IMG/VR virus record: IMGVR_UViG_3300045988_071562
Coordinates: 1-64,000 of that record
Strand: one strand, 5' to 3'
DNA length: 64,000 bases
Source: a virus
Part shown: positions 1-9,400 of the stretch, piece by piece
Numbering within the stretch: the first letter of the stretch is position 1
Layout of the letters: every line of letters begins with the position of its first letter
Made by a program: the position numbers and the translations under genes
Notes under the pieces: generated by a model
Database searches by the model: none
The model's input: the letters and a program-made list of their open reading frames with translations, nothing else
Told to the model about the DNA's origin: nothing

Positions 1-45
1 ATTTTTTTTTCTTTTTCTGACATTATCTATTTCACTTCCTTTCTT

Positions 46-867
46 CTACGCACAATATTTAATTTCGTATTCAGTTACGATTTTGGAGAAAATCTCTCGC
101 AGCTTTTTATCGTCATCGATGACGTCCATTTTGTTTAGTGAATTAATCTCTGTTTTGGTGCAACCATTTTCAGCCATGCGTTTTCGCTTATTTCTTAATC
201 TTGTATTCAGATCACATCCAGCCCGGCGTTCCAATTCTGCGTACATTTCTGTTCTAAGCATTTTAAACTCTGCTCCAGCACCTTTTTGTATGCGATTGAA
301 TTTAGAATTAATTTCTGAACGCCAGTTATCAAATACAGGCTTAACCGCTTCTTTGATGTTCTCTGTAGTTGCAACAGCTTTATCTGCGGTTTCTTTGGCA
401 ATTAAAATCTGCCTGTCTCTTTCCTTGTCAGCAAGTTCTTTCTCTACCATTTGTGAAAGTAGCCCCTGTAACATTTGAAGTTCTGGTGACAATGCCCTTT
501 TTACAGTTTCTTTGGTTTTAAAGTACCCATTTACAAGCTGTCTCTGAACATCCCATGCTAAATCGTCTGTGAAAGACTTTACTAACATTAGATATCCTTG
601 TTCTGTGGCAAGTACAACTTTTTCTGGGACGCCGCCTTGTGGTCTTTCCAAACCAAGCGTCCGAATTTCGGACGGCTGAGTTATAACGAAGAAATCTTCT
701 CCTTCAATAAAGTGATTTCGATTGTCGTTGAATCTCTTTCTTGCCGTTCCGTCTGGTCTGCCGTGAACTGCATCAATATCTTTGAATGTAACCACTCGCT
801 GACCGTTATACTCTTTTATTGAGATATCCGAATTTCCAATATGTACTAACTGGTTCGTGTTTATCAC
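46..867 (-). CDS. antirepressor-like protein with ORF6N (KilA-N-like) N-terminal domain
   Basis: 273-aa ORF. The N-terminal VVTFKDIDAVHGRPDGTARKRFNDNRNHFIEGEDFF stretch is typical of ORF6N DNA-binding domains. The GTG start abuts AAAGGAG, so the exact start is uncertain. Confidence 0.65.
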   Translation of the reverse strand: MINTNQLVHIGNSDISIKEYNGQRVVTFKDIDAVHGRPDGTARKRFNDNRNHFIEGEDFFVITQPSEIRTLGLERPQGGVPEKVVLATEQGYLMLVKSFTDDLAWDVQRQLVNGYFKTKETVKRALSPELQMLQGLLSQMVEKELADKERDRQILIAKETADKAVATTENIKEAVKPVFDNWRSEINSKFNRIQKGAGAEFKMLRTEMYAELERRAGCDLNTRLRNKRKRMAENGCTKTEINSLNKMDVIDDDKKLREIFSKIVTEYEIKYCA

Positions 868-902
868 TCCTTTCTTAATCTGATTTTCAATTCCGTTTTG
901 TG

Positions 903-931
903 TTGAAAATATTTTTCCTATGTGTTAAAAT
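903..931 (+). promoter_or_regulatory. sigma-A-type promoter TTGAAA-17-TGtTAAAAT
   Basis: -35 at 903-908, 17-nt spacer, extended -10 at 923-931. It points into a CDS-free gap. Confidence 0.5.
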
Positions 932-937
932 TCTTTC

Positions 938-1277
938 ATACCCAAATAATGGGCAATGAAAGGAGTTGTTTGTTTTGACCCAACTTTTGAATTTGCCCTG
1001 TTCCTTATTGTAGGTCGCAAGCAGAGTAACCTGCGTTACCAAAGTACGTTAAGCAATTTCGTTCACCGTATTGAACAAAATTCCTACATTCGCCAACTAA
1101 TGGGCAGCTAATCTTTTTTTACTCAATCGCAGAACTAAAACTGCGTAAGTGGCGAAGTGTTTCAAGAAACATTTGGTGCTGCTTATGTGACTGAACAAGT
1201 GCGTTCAGTCTGCAAAACACATAAGGTAAACAAATTTAGGCAAGAACTGATAGGACAGCACTCCTGTCAGTTTTTTT
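938..1277 (+). ncRNA. putative ~340-nt plus-strand non-coding/antisense RNA
   Basis: Bounded by the promoter at 903-931 and the terminator at 1247-1277. No SD-led ORF. Perfect hairpin GACTGAAC/GTTCAGTC at 1189-1210. TAATGGGCA is repeated at 947-955 and 1098-1106. Confidence 0.35.
1247..1277 (+). terminator. intrinsic terminator, plus orientation
   Basis: 9-bp stem CTGATAGGA/TCCTGTCAG (one G-U pair), 6-nt loop, then T7. It abuts the stop codon of the minus-strand gene at 1279. Confidence 0.6.
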
Positions 1278-1278
1278 G

Positions 1279-1476
1279 CTATTCTTCTTTAAACAGATAT
1301 TCCAGATCATATTCTGGGAAAAGCTCTTTTTTAGAAAGGACTGCTTCTGGATATGTAAAAGGTGTTTTACCCTTTATCTTGTTCTGAATAGTCCTTTCAT
1401 CAACACCAAGAACCTTTGCAAACGCTCTGATTGTAATTCCTTTATCATCAAGAGCTTTTTTTAAGTTATTCAACAC
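1279..1476 (-). CDS. Cro-like small HTH (XRE-type) regulator
   Basis: HTH segment ITIRAFAKVLGVDERTIQNKIKG. The track ORF runs to 1539, but a TTGACA-17-TATTAT promoter lies inside that extension. GTG at 1476 has a GGAAGGGGG SD. Confidence 0.65.
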   Translation of the reverse strand: MLNNLKKALDDKGITIRAFAKVLGVDERTIQNKIKGKTPFTYPEAVLSKKELFPEYDLEYLFKEE

Positions 1477-1510
1477 TTTGGCTCGCCCCCTTCCTTGACT
1501 TCGTGAGTTT

Positions 1511-1577
1511 ATAATATCACATTGCGAGCTATATGTCAACAGTAAATATTGACTTTGTGAGTTTTTTGTGATATATT
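1511..1577. promoter_or_regulatory. back-to-back divergent switch promoters
   Basis: Minus strand: TTGACA (1539-1534), 17 nt, TATTAT (1516-1511). Plus strand: TTGACT (1549-1554), 17 nt, TATATT (1572-1577). GTGAGTTT and GTGATAT motifs recur over both -10 regions. Confidence 0.6.
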
Positions 1578-1597
1578 ATCATCAGGAGGTGAAAAAA

Positions 1598-1960
1598 ATG
1601 AAAGATAGGATTAAGCAAGTGCGCAAATCAAAAAATCTTACACAAACAGCATTTGGAGAAATAATTGGAGTGAAAGGCAATACTGTTACTAATTACGAAA
1701 CTGGTCTTAGAACTCCAACTGATGCAGTTATCAAATCTATATGTAGGGAATTTGATGTCAACGAAGAATGGATTCGTACTGGTAATGGCGAAATGTTTAC
1801 ACCTGGGATTAAAGACAAGCAAATTTCTGCCATGCTTGCAGACGTAATGAAATCTGGAGAAGATTCTTTTAGGCATCGTCTCGTGTCTGCGTTAGCCAGA
1901 TTGGATGATGATGGTTGGGACAACTTGGAAAAACTAATTGACATGATTTCTGATAAGTAA
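1598..1960 (+). CDS. CI-like XRE-family repressor
   Basis: AGGAGG SD then ATG at 1598. The N-terminal LTQTAFGEIIGVKGNTVTNYETG HTH is followed by a C-terminal non-HTH half. Confidence 0.75.
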   Translation: MKDRIKQVRKSKNLTQTAFGEIIGVKGNTVTNYETGLRTPTDAVIKSICREFDVNEEWIRTGNGEMFTPGIKDKQISAMLADVMKSGEDSFRHRLVSALARLDDDGWDNLEKLIDMISDK

Positions 1961-1967
1961 AAGAAAA

Positions 1968-2001
1968 GACAAGGGTAATGCGCAAACCCTTGTCTTTTTT
2001 T
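1968..2001 (+). terminator. intrinsic terminator
   Basis: GACAAGGGT/ACCCTTGTC stem followed by T7. Confidence 0.75.
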
Positions 2002-2148
2002 ACACTATCCAATTAACTTTTTCACAAATACATAAATCACTTCTATCCAATGATTATTCGTGCATTTTTCTATCATCTCAATAATTTCTTTCTTGTAATC
2101 CACGTAAATCCCTCCCAATATTCCAAACATCTGTTCTTATTTATTGAA

Positions 2149-2505
2149 TTATATCATGTTTTCATAACCATATAATGGGACGGAATCATCTCCGCTTAAA
2201 TCTTTCCTGGCAAACTGGTTTCTCCTGATTTTTCTATGAACTATAAGTCTTTTTGTGTAAATATTGTGATTTTTGCTTTTCCAAATCGTAATAGTAATAG
2301 ATAGAAATAAAGGGGCTGGATGCTTGTCTGCGAGGGATTTATAGCGCTCATGGACAACCTGTTTTACCTCTGCTTTTGCAGTTTCGATAGTTTTATTCCT
2401 CCCAAAGATAATACTACGATCCGGGCAGAAGTAAACATATTGAATCAAGAGCACATGCACGAATATCAGTATAAACACAATTATGATTTTTTTATGCTTC
2501 TCCAT
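2149..2505 (-). CDS. small N-terminally membrane-anchored protein, unknown function
   Basis: 118 aa with a hydrophobic segment IIIVFILIFVHVLLIQYVYF. It lies downstream of the LytTR-type repeat site. Confidence 0.5.
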   Translation of the reverse strand: MEKHKKIIIVFILIFVHVLLIQYVYFCPDRSIIFGRNKTIETAKAEVKQVVHERYKSLADKHPAPLFLSITITIWKSKNHNIYTKRLIVHRKIRRNQFARKDLSGDDSVPLYGYENMI

Positions 2506-2549
2506 GAATCCATCCCCTTTACACTATCATCTTAATGTATTACAATAAC

Positions 2550-2611
2550 ATTGTATCAAAAAAATACAATCACGCAGGAAATGGCGAAATTAGCACCTCT
2601 GGTGGCGAATT
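2550..2611 (-). promoter_or_regulatory. LytTR-type 9-12-9 direct repeat upstream of an extended -10
   Basis: TGGCGAAAT (2582-2590), a 12-nt spacer, then TGGCGAATT (2603-2611). On the minus strand TGaTACAAT (2558-2550) lies 26 nt downstream, and no good -35 is present. Confidence 0.5.
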
Positions 2612-2634
2612 TTACATGAAAAGGGATGATTTGA

Positions 2635-3336
2635 ATGCGAATTGCAATATGTGATGATAACGAAATCCAGATTGATATATTTATGCATCGGATTAATAAT
2701 TTTCTCAAACGAAATGGTGATATAAAAGCATTGATTACTCCGTATGATAAAGGGCAGCCGCTTATTGATGATGTGGCAGATGGCGAGTGGTATGATATTG
2801 TGGTTTTGGATATCGTTTTGAGAGAAGAAAATGGAATTGAAGTTGCAAAGGAATTGAGATCCAGCGGATATAACGGAAATATTATTTTCTGGACAGCCCA
2901 TAAAGAGTATGTTTTTGAAGCTCTTGATATACTCCCGGTACACTATATTATAAAAGGATCTGAAAACGGCAGAATGTATACTGCTTTCAATCATGCTCTG
3001 GAACATATCAGCAAAAGCACTCTTATGATAAAAGGAAAAGACTTTATTCATCGGGTGGAGTTTCAAAATATAGAATATATTGAGAGCCGAAACAAATACA
3101 TCATTATCCACTGCACTTGCGGTATAGTTTATACGGAACGATGTAAACTATCCGATATTGAAGAATTACTGGATTCCAGATTTTTGAGGTGTCACCAGAG
3201 CTACATAATAAACATGGATGAGGTAAAAGAAATAAACACTTCGTTCCTTATGTTTTCTGGAAATACAGTGCCGATCAGAAGAAAAGATTATGCAAAAATA
3301 AGAAACGAATTTGAGGAATATACGACATTTAAATAG
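2635..3336 (+). CDS. orphan response regulator, receiver plus LytTR DNA-binding domain
   Basis: The receiver has DD (ICDDNE), VVLDI, IIFWTAH and a later K. The C-terminal half is LytTR-like (FIHRVEFQNIEYIESRNKYIIIH...FLRCHQSYIINM). No histidine kinase is in the window. Confidence 0.85.
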   Translation: MRIAICDDNEIQIDIFMHRINNFLKRNGDIKALITPYDKGQPLIDDVADGEWYDIVVLDIVLREENGIEVAKELRSSGYNGNIIFWTAHKEYVFEALDILPVHYIIKGSENGRMYTAFNHALEHISKSTLMIKGKDFIHRVEFQNIEYIESRNKYIIIHCTCGIVYTERCKLSDIEELLDSRFLRCHQSYIINMDEVKEINTSFLMFSGNTVPIRRKDYAKIRNEFEEYTTFK

Positions 3337-3357
3337 CTCCCGGGAAAACCCCGGGAG
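3337..3357. terminator. hairpin between convergent genes
   Basis: CTCCCGGG-aaaac-CCCGGGAG, an 8-bp GC stem between the stops at 3336 and 3363. Confidence 0.6.
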
Positions 3358-3362
3358 TATTA

Positions 3363-4169
3363 TTATTTCAGTAATTCATTGACTTTTTTCTGTACTTCTG
3401 CGTAATTGTAGCCAGCGGATTCCAGACGGTCTCGTCTATCCTGTCCGTTCCCCCATTCGCCGTTGATTACCTCTTTTGCAACTTGGGCTACACTTTTCTT
3501 TGCTGTCATGGAATACACTACTTTTCCGTTCCAATCAAACACAGTATATCCAGCCTTGCAAGCTTTTTTCGCATTTTCCAGTGACTTGTAAGCCCCTATC
3601 TGGCTCTTGGAATCCTTCCAGGTCTTGCGGACACGGTAATACTTGTCAACCTTTGCTGTCGGTTTTGTGGTTGATGTTGTTGTGGTTTCGCTAGAAATAA
3701 GCTTCTTGAATCTATCCCAGTCACCTTTTCCGCGGATAACGGATGGACAATTCTTAGCGCACACATCGTAATGCTGCACTACTCGGCTTGCTGGGATTCC
3801 GTATTTCTTCATAAGCTGCTTACACACATCAACGGTATTATGGAATGCTTTTTCGTAGTTATATCCGGCATTCATACACATTTCAATTCCAATAGAGTTG
3901 TGATTGTTTACAGTTCCAAAAAGCTTACCGCCGTAATTTACCCCAACATGCCATGCTCCGCGATTATACGGCAAGGCTTGGTATGCTGATTTATCGTCCA
4001 CGAATACATGGGCTGAATAGCCATGAAAATTGCCATTATGCTGTGCAGTGGCGTGTGCTTTGGCATCCGCTGTTTTGGCAGTATTATCTGTATTATGAAT
4101 AACAATATACAGAGGTGTTTGTCCTGCGTAACTGTTGTTGTTGCTGATTAATGAGGTATTGATATTCAT
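3363..4169 (-). CDS. endolysin: N-acetylmuramoyl-L-alanine amidase (Amidase_2/PGRP-like) with a Cpl-7-like C-terminal wall-binding repeat
   Basis: YIVIHNTDN...HVFVDD...WHVG...NSIGIEMC...HYDVC..KNCP is an amidase_2 pattern. The C-terminal INGEWGNGQDRRDRLESAGYNYAEVQKKVNELL is Cpl-7-like. Confidence 0.85.
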   Translation of the reverse strand: MNINTSLISNNNSYAGQTPLYIVIHNTDNTAKTADAKAHATAQHNGNFHGYSAHVFVDDKSAYQALPYNRGAWHVGVNYGGKLFGTVNNHNSIGIEMCMNAGYNYEKAFHNTVDVCKQLMKKYGIPASRVVQHYDVCAKNCPSVIRGKGDWDRFKKLISSETTTTSTTKPTAKVDKYYRVRKTWKDSKSQIGAYKSLENAKKACKAGYTVFDWNGKVVYSMTAKKSVAQVAKEVINGEWGNGQDRRDRLESAGYNYAEVQKKVNELLK

Positions 4170-4250
4170 GTATGTTCTCCTTTCATTATTGAGGTTAAAA
4201 AGTGCATAATAAAAAGCACCCCAAATGGAATGCTCTTTAGCACAAACTCT

Positions 4251-5249
4251 TTATCCTATATATTTACGGTGATTATACTTCACATCTTCATCTTTTACTT
4301 TTGCGTATATCATAGTGGTATTTACACTAACATGGCCAAGCATTCTCTGGACATCAGTAACAGGAATTGATTTTTGAATCATATCTGTGGCAACTGTATG
4401 TCTAAACAAATGTGGAAATAACTCTCTTCCAATATCAGATCGTTTCCCGAGATTCCTTATAACTCTCTCGATAGCTTCTTTCTTTAAAGAATTGTGTGGC
4501 TTTCTTTCCGATACGAAAAGATATTCGGATTTATCATCTCTGCTATTGAGATATTCGGAAAGATACAAGGCGCACTTTGCTGTAATGTATGATTTCCTGT
4601 GCTTACTTCCTTTTCCAAATAACCATACTTCTCCTTTTTCAAAGTCCACATCAGAAATCTTAATTGTGCAAGTTTCCGTAACCCTGGCACCAGTGCTGTA
4701 AAGAAACTCTACAAGTGCTTTTTCTCGAATATTTTTTCAGGCCATTCTAACTTTTTCCAATTCAATAGCCGTAAGTCCTTCTCGTTCTTTTCTCTCATAC
4801 TTAATAACTTTTATTGCTCTGCAAGGATTCTTCCCGATATACCCCTCATTTGCAGCCCACTCGAAAAAAGCATGAAGCGCTGACCTGCGACTATCCAATG
4901 TACGATTGCTAATATTCCGTTCCTTCTGTGTGTAATACAAATATGCTCGAATATCATTTGAAGTAATATCAGAAATATCTTTATCCATTCGAGAAAAGAA
5001 ATCATCCAGATACATTTGATATAATTCAATTGTTTTGTTACTTAGTCCCTCAATTTTTCGACTTACAAGATAAATCTTAAAACATTCTGGCAGATACCCC
5101 TTGTATTTACCAATGGCTGTTTCCCTACGTTCAATATCATAGTCCTGTACGTGAAGAAACAATTCATTCTGGACAAGTTTTAAGACTTCATCAGACACTT
5201 TTCCGTAAAGTTTGGCGGTGAATTCATTTGAAAATTGTTCTCTCATCAT
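4251..5249 (-). pseudogene. XerC/D-like tyrosine recombinase interrupted by one in-frame TGA (4737-4739)
   Basis: ORFs 4251-4649 and 4737-5273 share a frame and are open right across the TGA: ...EKVRMA*KNIREKALVEFLYSTGARVTE... Catalytic R, HxxR and terminal Y motifs are all intact. The SD-led ATG is at 5249. Confidence 0.8.
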
Positions 5250-5268
5250 AAAAATCCCTCCTTTTGGG

Positions 5269-5297
5269 TTCACAAAGGGAGAGTACTGTGCTATAAT
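5269..5297 (+). promoter_or_regulatory. promoter TTCACA-17-TGcTATAAT
   Basis: -35 at 5269-5274 and extended -10 at 5289-5297, antisense to the recombinase 5' region. Confidence 0.45.
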
Positions 5298-5303
5298 AAT
5301 ACT

Positions 5304-5368
5304 GTACCCTTTGTGGTGCTTGGAGCTGAGTTTTTTGATTGGTAGTCGGGAACTCAGCTCCCTTTTTT
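5304..5368 (+). ncRNA. putative ~65-nt plus-strand small RNA antisense to the recombinase leader
   Basis: The promoter at 5269-5297 is followed by an 11-bp hairpin GGAGCTGAGTT/AACTCAGCTCC (5322-5361) and T6. Confidence 0.35.
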
Positions 5369-5794
5369 GTCGTTCCGATTTTGATATGCTGATTATAGCA
5401 TATTCATTTTATGTTTGGTAGTGTTTTGTTATTTTTTTCTTACTTCTCCAATAAACTCTATAGTGAGACAAAGATTGAAAAAATAGGATATACCGGAGAA
5501 ACAAACTTCTATCAAGTAGATTTATCTGCATTAAGTTTTGGCGTCTATGAGTTTTTCGCCTCAACCGGTCAATACTGTTTACTTGGAAATTATGTTGATT
5601 ATTGGTCAATAATTAGTAGCACTAATGATGAGTTCAAACTTATTGATAAAAATACATTGCAAATATACTCTGGTTCATGGTATTCCGATGTGTACAGAAG
5701 AAAAATTTTATAATTTTTAACTGTAACTTTTAAATACAACCGGAACTTGGGAGAATGGAATTTAAATTAAAGCCATTTTTATCTTAGCTCACTG

Positions 5795-6253
5795 TCATAA
5801 TATTTTTACCCATTTACCATTAGAATACTGCGCTGCCGCTAATTTTTTCGAAGCGTTTTCCACCCCAATGAAATTTATATTGTTTTGCCCAGCGAGTACA
5901 ATCCCCCAAGCCCAGCCGCTGTACAATCCGCCAATTGTTCCCCATACAGGAAGTAAATTACAACCATCGCCAGAGTTTACGCTATTAAGTATAGTGCTGA
6001 CACTAGCTTCATCACTAAGATTTAAGACTTTTTTCGGCACCTTATCACCATTTAGTGCATTTATTGCCCCGATGATTGTCTTGTTATTAGTCTCTAATTT
6101 CGAGATAACAGCCGTTGCCATTTTATCAACTACATAATCCCAAAACTTGCTCATTAATCCGCGCTTATTCGCTCTCGCAGTTGCGTCATACAGCATTACT
6201 TCGTCATTATCCGCTAACGTATTTTTTGATGTGTATTCAGTCCATTTCGGCAT
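5795..6253 (-). CDS. small tail-fibre-associated protein
   Basis: 152 aa. The N-terminal LADNDEVMLYDATARANKRG stretch resembles N-termini of phage fibre proteins. It lies just downstream of Tal. Confidence 0.45.
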   Translation of the reverse strand: MPKWTEYTSKNTLADNDEVMLYDATARANKRGLMSKFWDYVVDKMATAVISKLETNNKTIIGAINALNGDKVPKKVLNLSDEASVSTILNSVNSGDGCNLLPVWGTIGGLYSGWAWGIVLAGQNNINFIGVENASKKLAAAQYSNGKWVKIL

Positions 6254-6267
6254 GTTGCTGTCCTCCT

Positions 6268-6474
6268 TTAATTCAACTGATTTTTATTGATATAGTCTTC
6301 AATTGCCTTAATGTTTGCCGAAAGCCCATCGTCAAAAATGAGAAAATTTCCTTTCTCGTTCTGGCTCAAAACCTTTCCACTTTCGGTATCAATCGTTGAG
6401 TAGGTAAAGGCGATTCTATCGCCCTCTCCTGTTGACAGTTTCATAAATGATGTAAGCTTTTTAATCACGCTCAT
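6268..6474 (-). CDS. hypothetical small protein
   Basis: 68 aa, overlapping the Tal stop by 4 nt, which suggests translational coupling. Confidence 0.4.
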   Translation of the reverse strand: MSVIKKLTSFMKLSTGEGDRIAFTYSTIDTESGKVLSQNEKGNFLIFDDGLSANIKAIEDYINKNQLN

Positions 6475-9400
6475 AATAATTCTCCTTCCATTTCTTGAAT
6501 TAGTTTTTCTCTTTCCGAGAACATTTCATTCTCAATGTCGTTCAATCTAAAATTAACTTCCCTATCTTCTTTTCCGGCATTAAAGCGTATAAATTCTTTA
6601 TTTTTCTGCTTTGCTTTCAGCTCCCACGCAAAATGCAAGCCTGGTGTTCCTTTTACCTTGAAATAAGTATTTGTCTTTTCAGCTATCCATGTTTGTCCCT
6701 CTCCTTCATTCTGTAAGAACACATAATACTCGATTCCTGTGTCGGTCGATTCCTGAAATATATCATCAATCATAATGATTGCGATTCCGTCATCTCCGAT
6801 TACGCCACCGCCAAAATCTCCCAGAGTTGGAGTTGGAGTCTCGTAGCAGTAAAATAGCTGTTCTCCATAGTTTTCAGTGTCAGCTATTATGGATTTTGTT
6901 CCAGAAACCTTAAAATCGCCAAAAATACTAACATCTGAATTGAATTGTGTTCTTCCCAGATAATGTTTTGAACCGTCTGTAAAGCCACTTTCTGTTGTTG
7001 TATTATGTGGTGTTAAATTTAATGAGTTAGCGTAAGAGGATGCAATACCACTTGCGCTGTATTTAATAAATTGTCCTTGTGCATCCATAGCAAGCATTGA
7101 TGGAGCGTTATATTCATTTCCTACGGAAATCTGTAGGGTTCCATTTTTTTTATTATAAATTCTGTTGTTTTGAATCGTAAATCCGCCTATAGTGGCTCCA
7201 ATTGCCGCAAGCTCATTCAAGGACATTTTTTCAGCCGTGACCGCCTTAGCATCTAATTTTTCTGTGGTAATAGAACCAGCTGCTAGAGCATTAGCGGCTA
7301 TGCTCAACGCTTTAATAAATTGTCCATTTACATAAATGTTTCCGTTTTCGTCTAAATAAATTCCCTGTGCCTTGCCACCATTGGTAAGCTTGCTGAAAAT
7401 ATCGACTTGTGTCTGTCCATCGACAGCTGATTTTGCTGAGCTATTAGCAATCTCATCGACCGTCTTTCCTTGTAGCGAAAAAGTCTTTGGAGCTAGAATA
7501 ACATTTCCGTTGCTGTCGATTTCTAAAGTCACATTATTGTCGTCATCAATAACTTTCAGTCCTCGACCATTGATTCTCTCACCAGCAAGCAGTCCAGCCA
7601 GAATATATTTTGCATTAACGTATACTTTTCCATCTTTGATATAGATTCCCTGTTCAGTGCCGCCTTTTGTGAGTTTATTGAACACTTCATCCTGTCCAAG
7701 ACTGGTATCATACTTATCAATTGCATTTTTAATATCGTCTTTGTCTGCATACTTGAAATCAATCCAATCGGATGCGTCAAACGCTCCGCCAACACGATTT
7801 ACAGTGGATGTTTTGAGGGAAGCCTTTCCTTCACTATTGGTTGTCACCCACAAGTCACCTTCGTAATATGGCGGTTTTGGCTGAACCATATAGACAGATG
7901 ACTTCCCATCTATCTTGTCTAACAGCTCATTTGGTATGGATTGTGGTTGCCAAATACCGGATTTGTAAATCCATTGAGTGTTATCAGAAGTATTGTGCCA
8001 AAGGTCACCTTCATGCTCTGCTTTCTCTGATTCCCATACCAAGATAATTTCATTCCCGGATTCATCCAGAATCTTGTTTCCGTCAATATCGCACCATGGT
8101 TGTTCCTCTGTTTTTGTCCATTTAAGAGAAGGGTCGTTTGGCTGATACCAAGTTTCAATTTTTCCATCAATCTGTGTTTTTAAAGAATTAAGAGAATCTT
8201 TAAAAACGCCATTGATAAATAAATCTAAAGAACTATCATCTGTGTATTTTGAAGCCTTTTCCCAATCTGAAGCAGAATAAGAACCGCTTGCTCTGGCAAC
8301 TTTACATCTCATCAAATCACCATTAGAGCCTTGTGTCCATAAGTCTCCAATGTCATAAGGTGGCTCTGGCTGAACTACGAATACTCTGCGCTTATGATCT
8401 GCCGTATCTTGCGCTTTTTCTGCGGCGGCAAGTGCTAACGTGATATCGGTATCTTGTACCAATTGCCATTTCCAAGTTGCCCCATCTTGCATAAAACGGT
8501 ATGCATATCCCTTGGATTTCCAGTAAAATAAATCACCCTCATGTTTCTTTCGCTCTTCGTTTGTAGTCCATCCAGAAGCCGGGATATTCTGTAAGGTCGG
8601 TTCATAGTCATAAAAAAAAGTCTCAATCTGTCCGTCGATTTGAGACTGTAAATTATTGATATCAGTTGTGTATGTATTGCTTATAAAATTATTTACTTCT
8701 GTTTCTGCTTTTTCCTTTGCAATTGCATTAACATCTTTTCCTTTGATTTGTACAGAATCTGCATTAATAATAACCCTTCCTGTTGTTACATCAACCAGGA
8801 AAGTTATATTTCCGTCTTTGTCAATTGCTTTAATAGTTCCTGTATTAATCCAGTCAGCATTAATACCTGTAGCAGTAAGAATTCTGGCAATCACATCACC
8901 ATCAACAGTCATACCACCATTCCAATGTTGTCCGCCATCTGTAGAAACAGCCCACGCTTCCGCAGTCATTTTCCATACAATATCAGAATCGGATAACTGC
9001 GGCTTATTATGAAGATAATAGATGTTGCTTCCGTCCGGCTGTGTTTCTACTGTCGTGTATGTTCCAGAAGATTCCGCAAGGCGTTGCGATAATTCTTCCA
9101 GTGCCTTTTCTCTGGCGGTACGTTCATCTCTTAAATTCTTTTTGTTTTCTGCCTGTACTTGTTGATTAAGGGTATATTGTTTCTGCTTATTCCTAGATAC
9201 GCTTTTAGCACTGCATTCAAGTTGCTCAAATGTGCCTGGATTCAAAGTAACAGAAGTTAGGAAGCTCTTATACTGTTTCCCGTTTCTGTCGGAAATCTCA
9301 ATGGTGTCACCAGCTTCCCATGCTATATTAGTCAATGCGCCTGTAGTAAATGGTCTGAATTTTAGCCCCACGCACCTGTCTGCGATAATCTGGCAGATTT

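Noticed and set aside
5411-5713. The plus-strand 100-aa ORF next to the recombinase and a tail-fibre-like gene might be an alternative fibre cassette in an invertible (shufflon-like) segment.
   Set aside because: I found no inverted repeats between 5360-5430 and the adjacent 5795-6253 gene. The ORF has no SD and an implausible N-terminus. It is kept only as a very low-probability idea.
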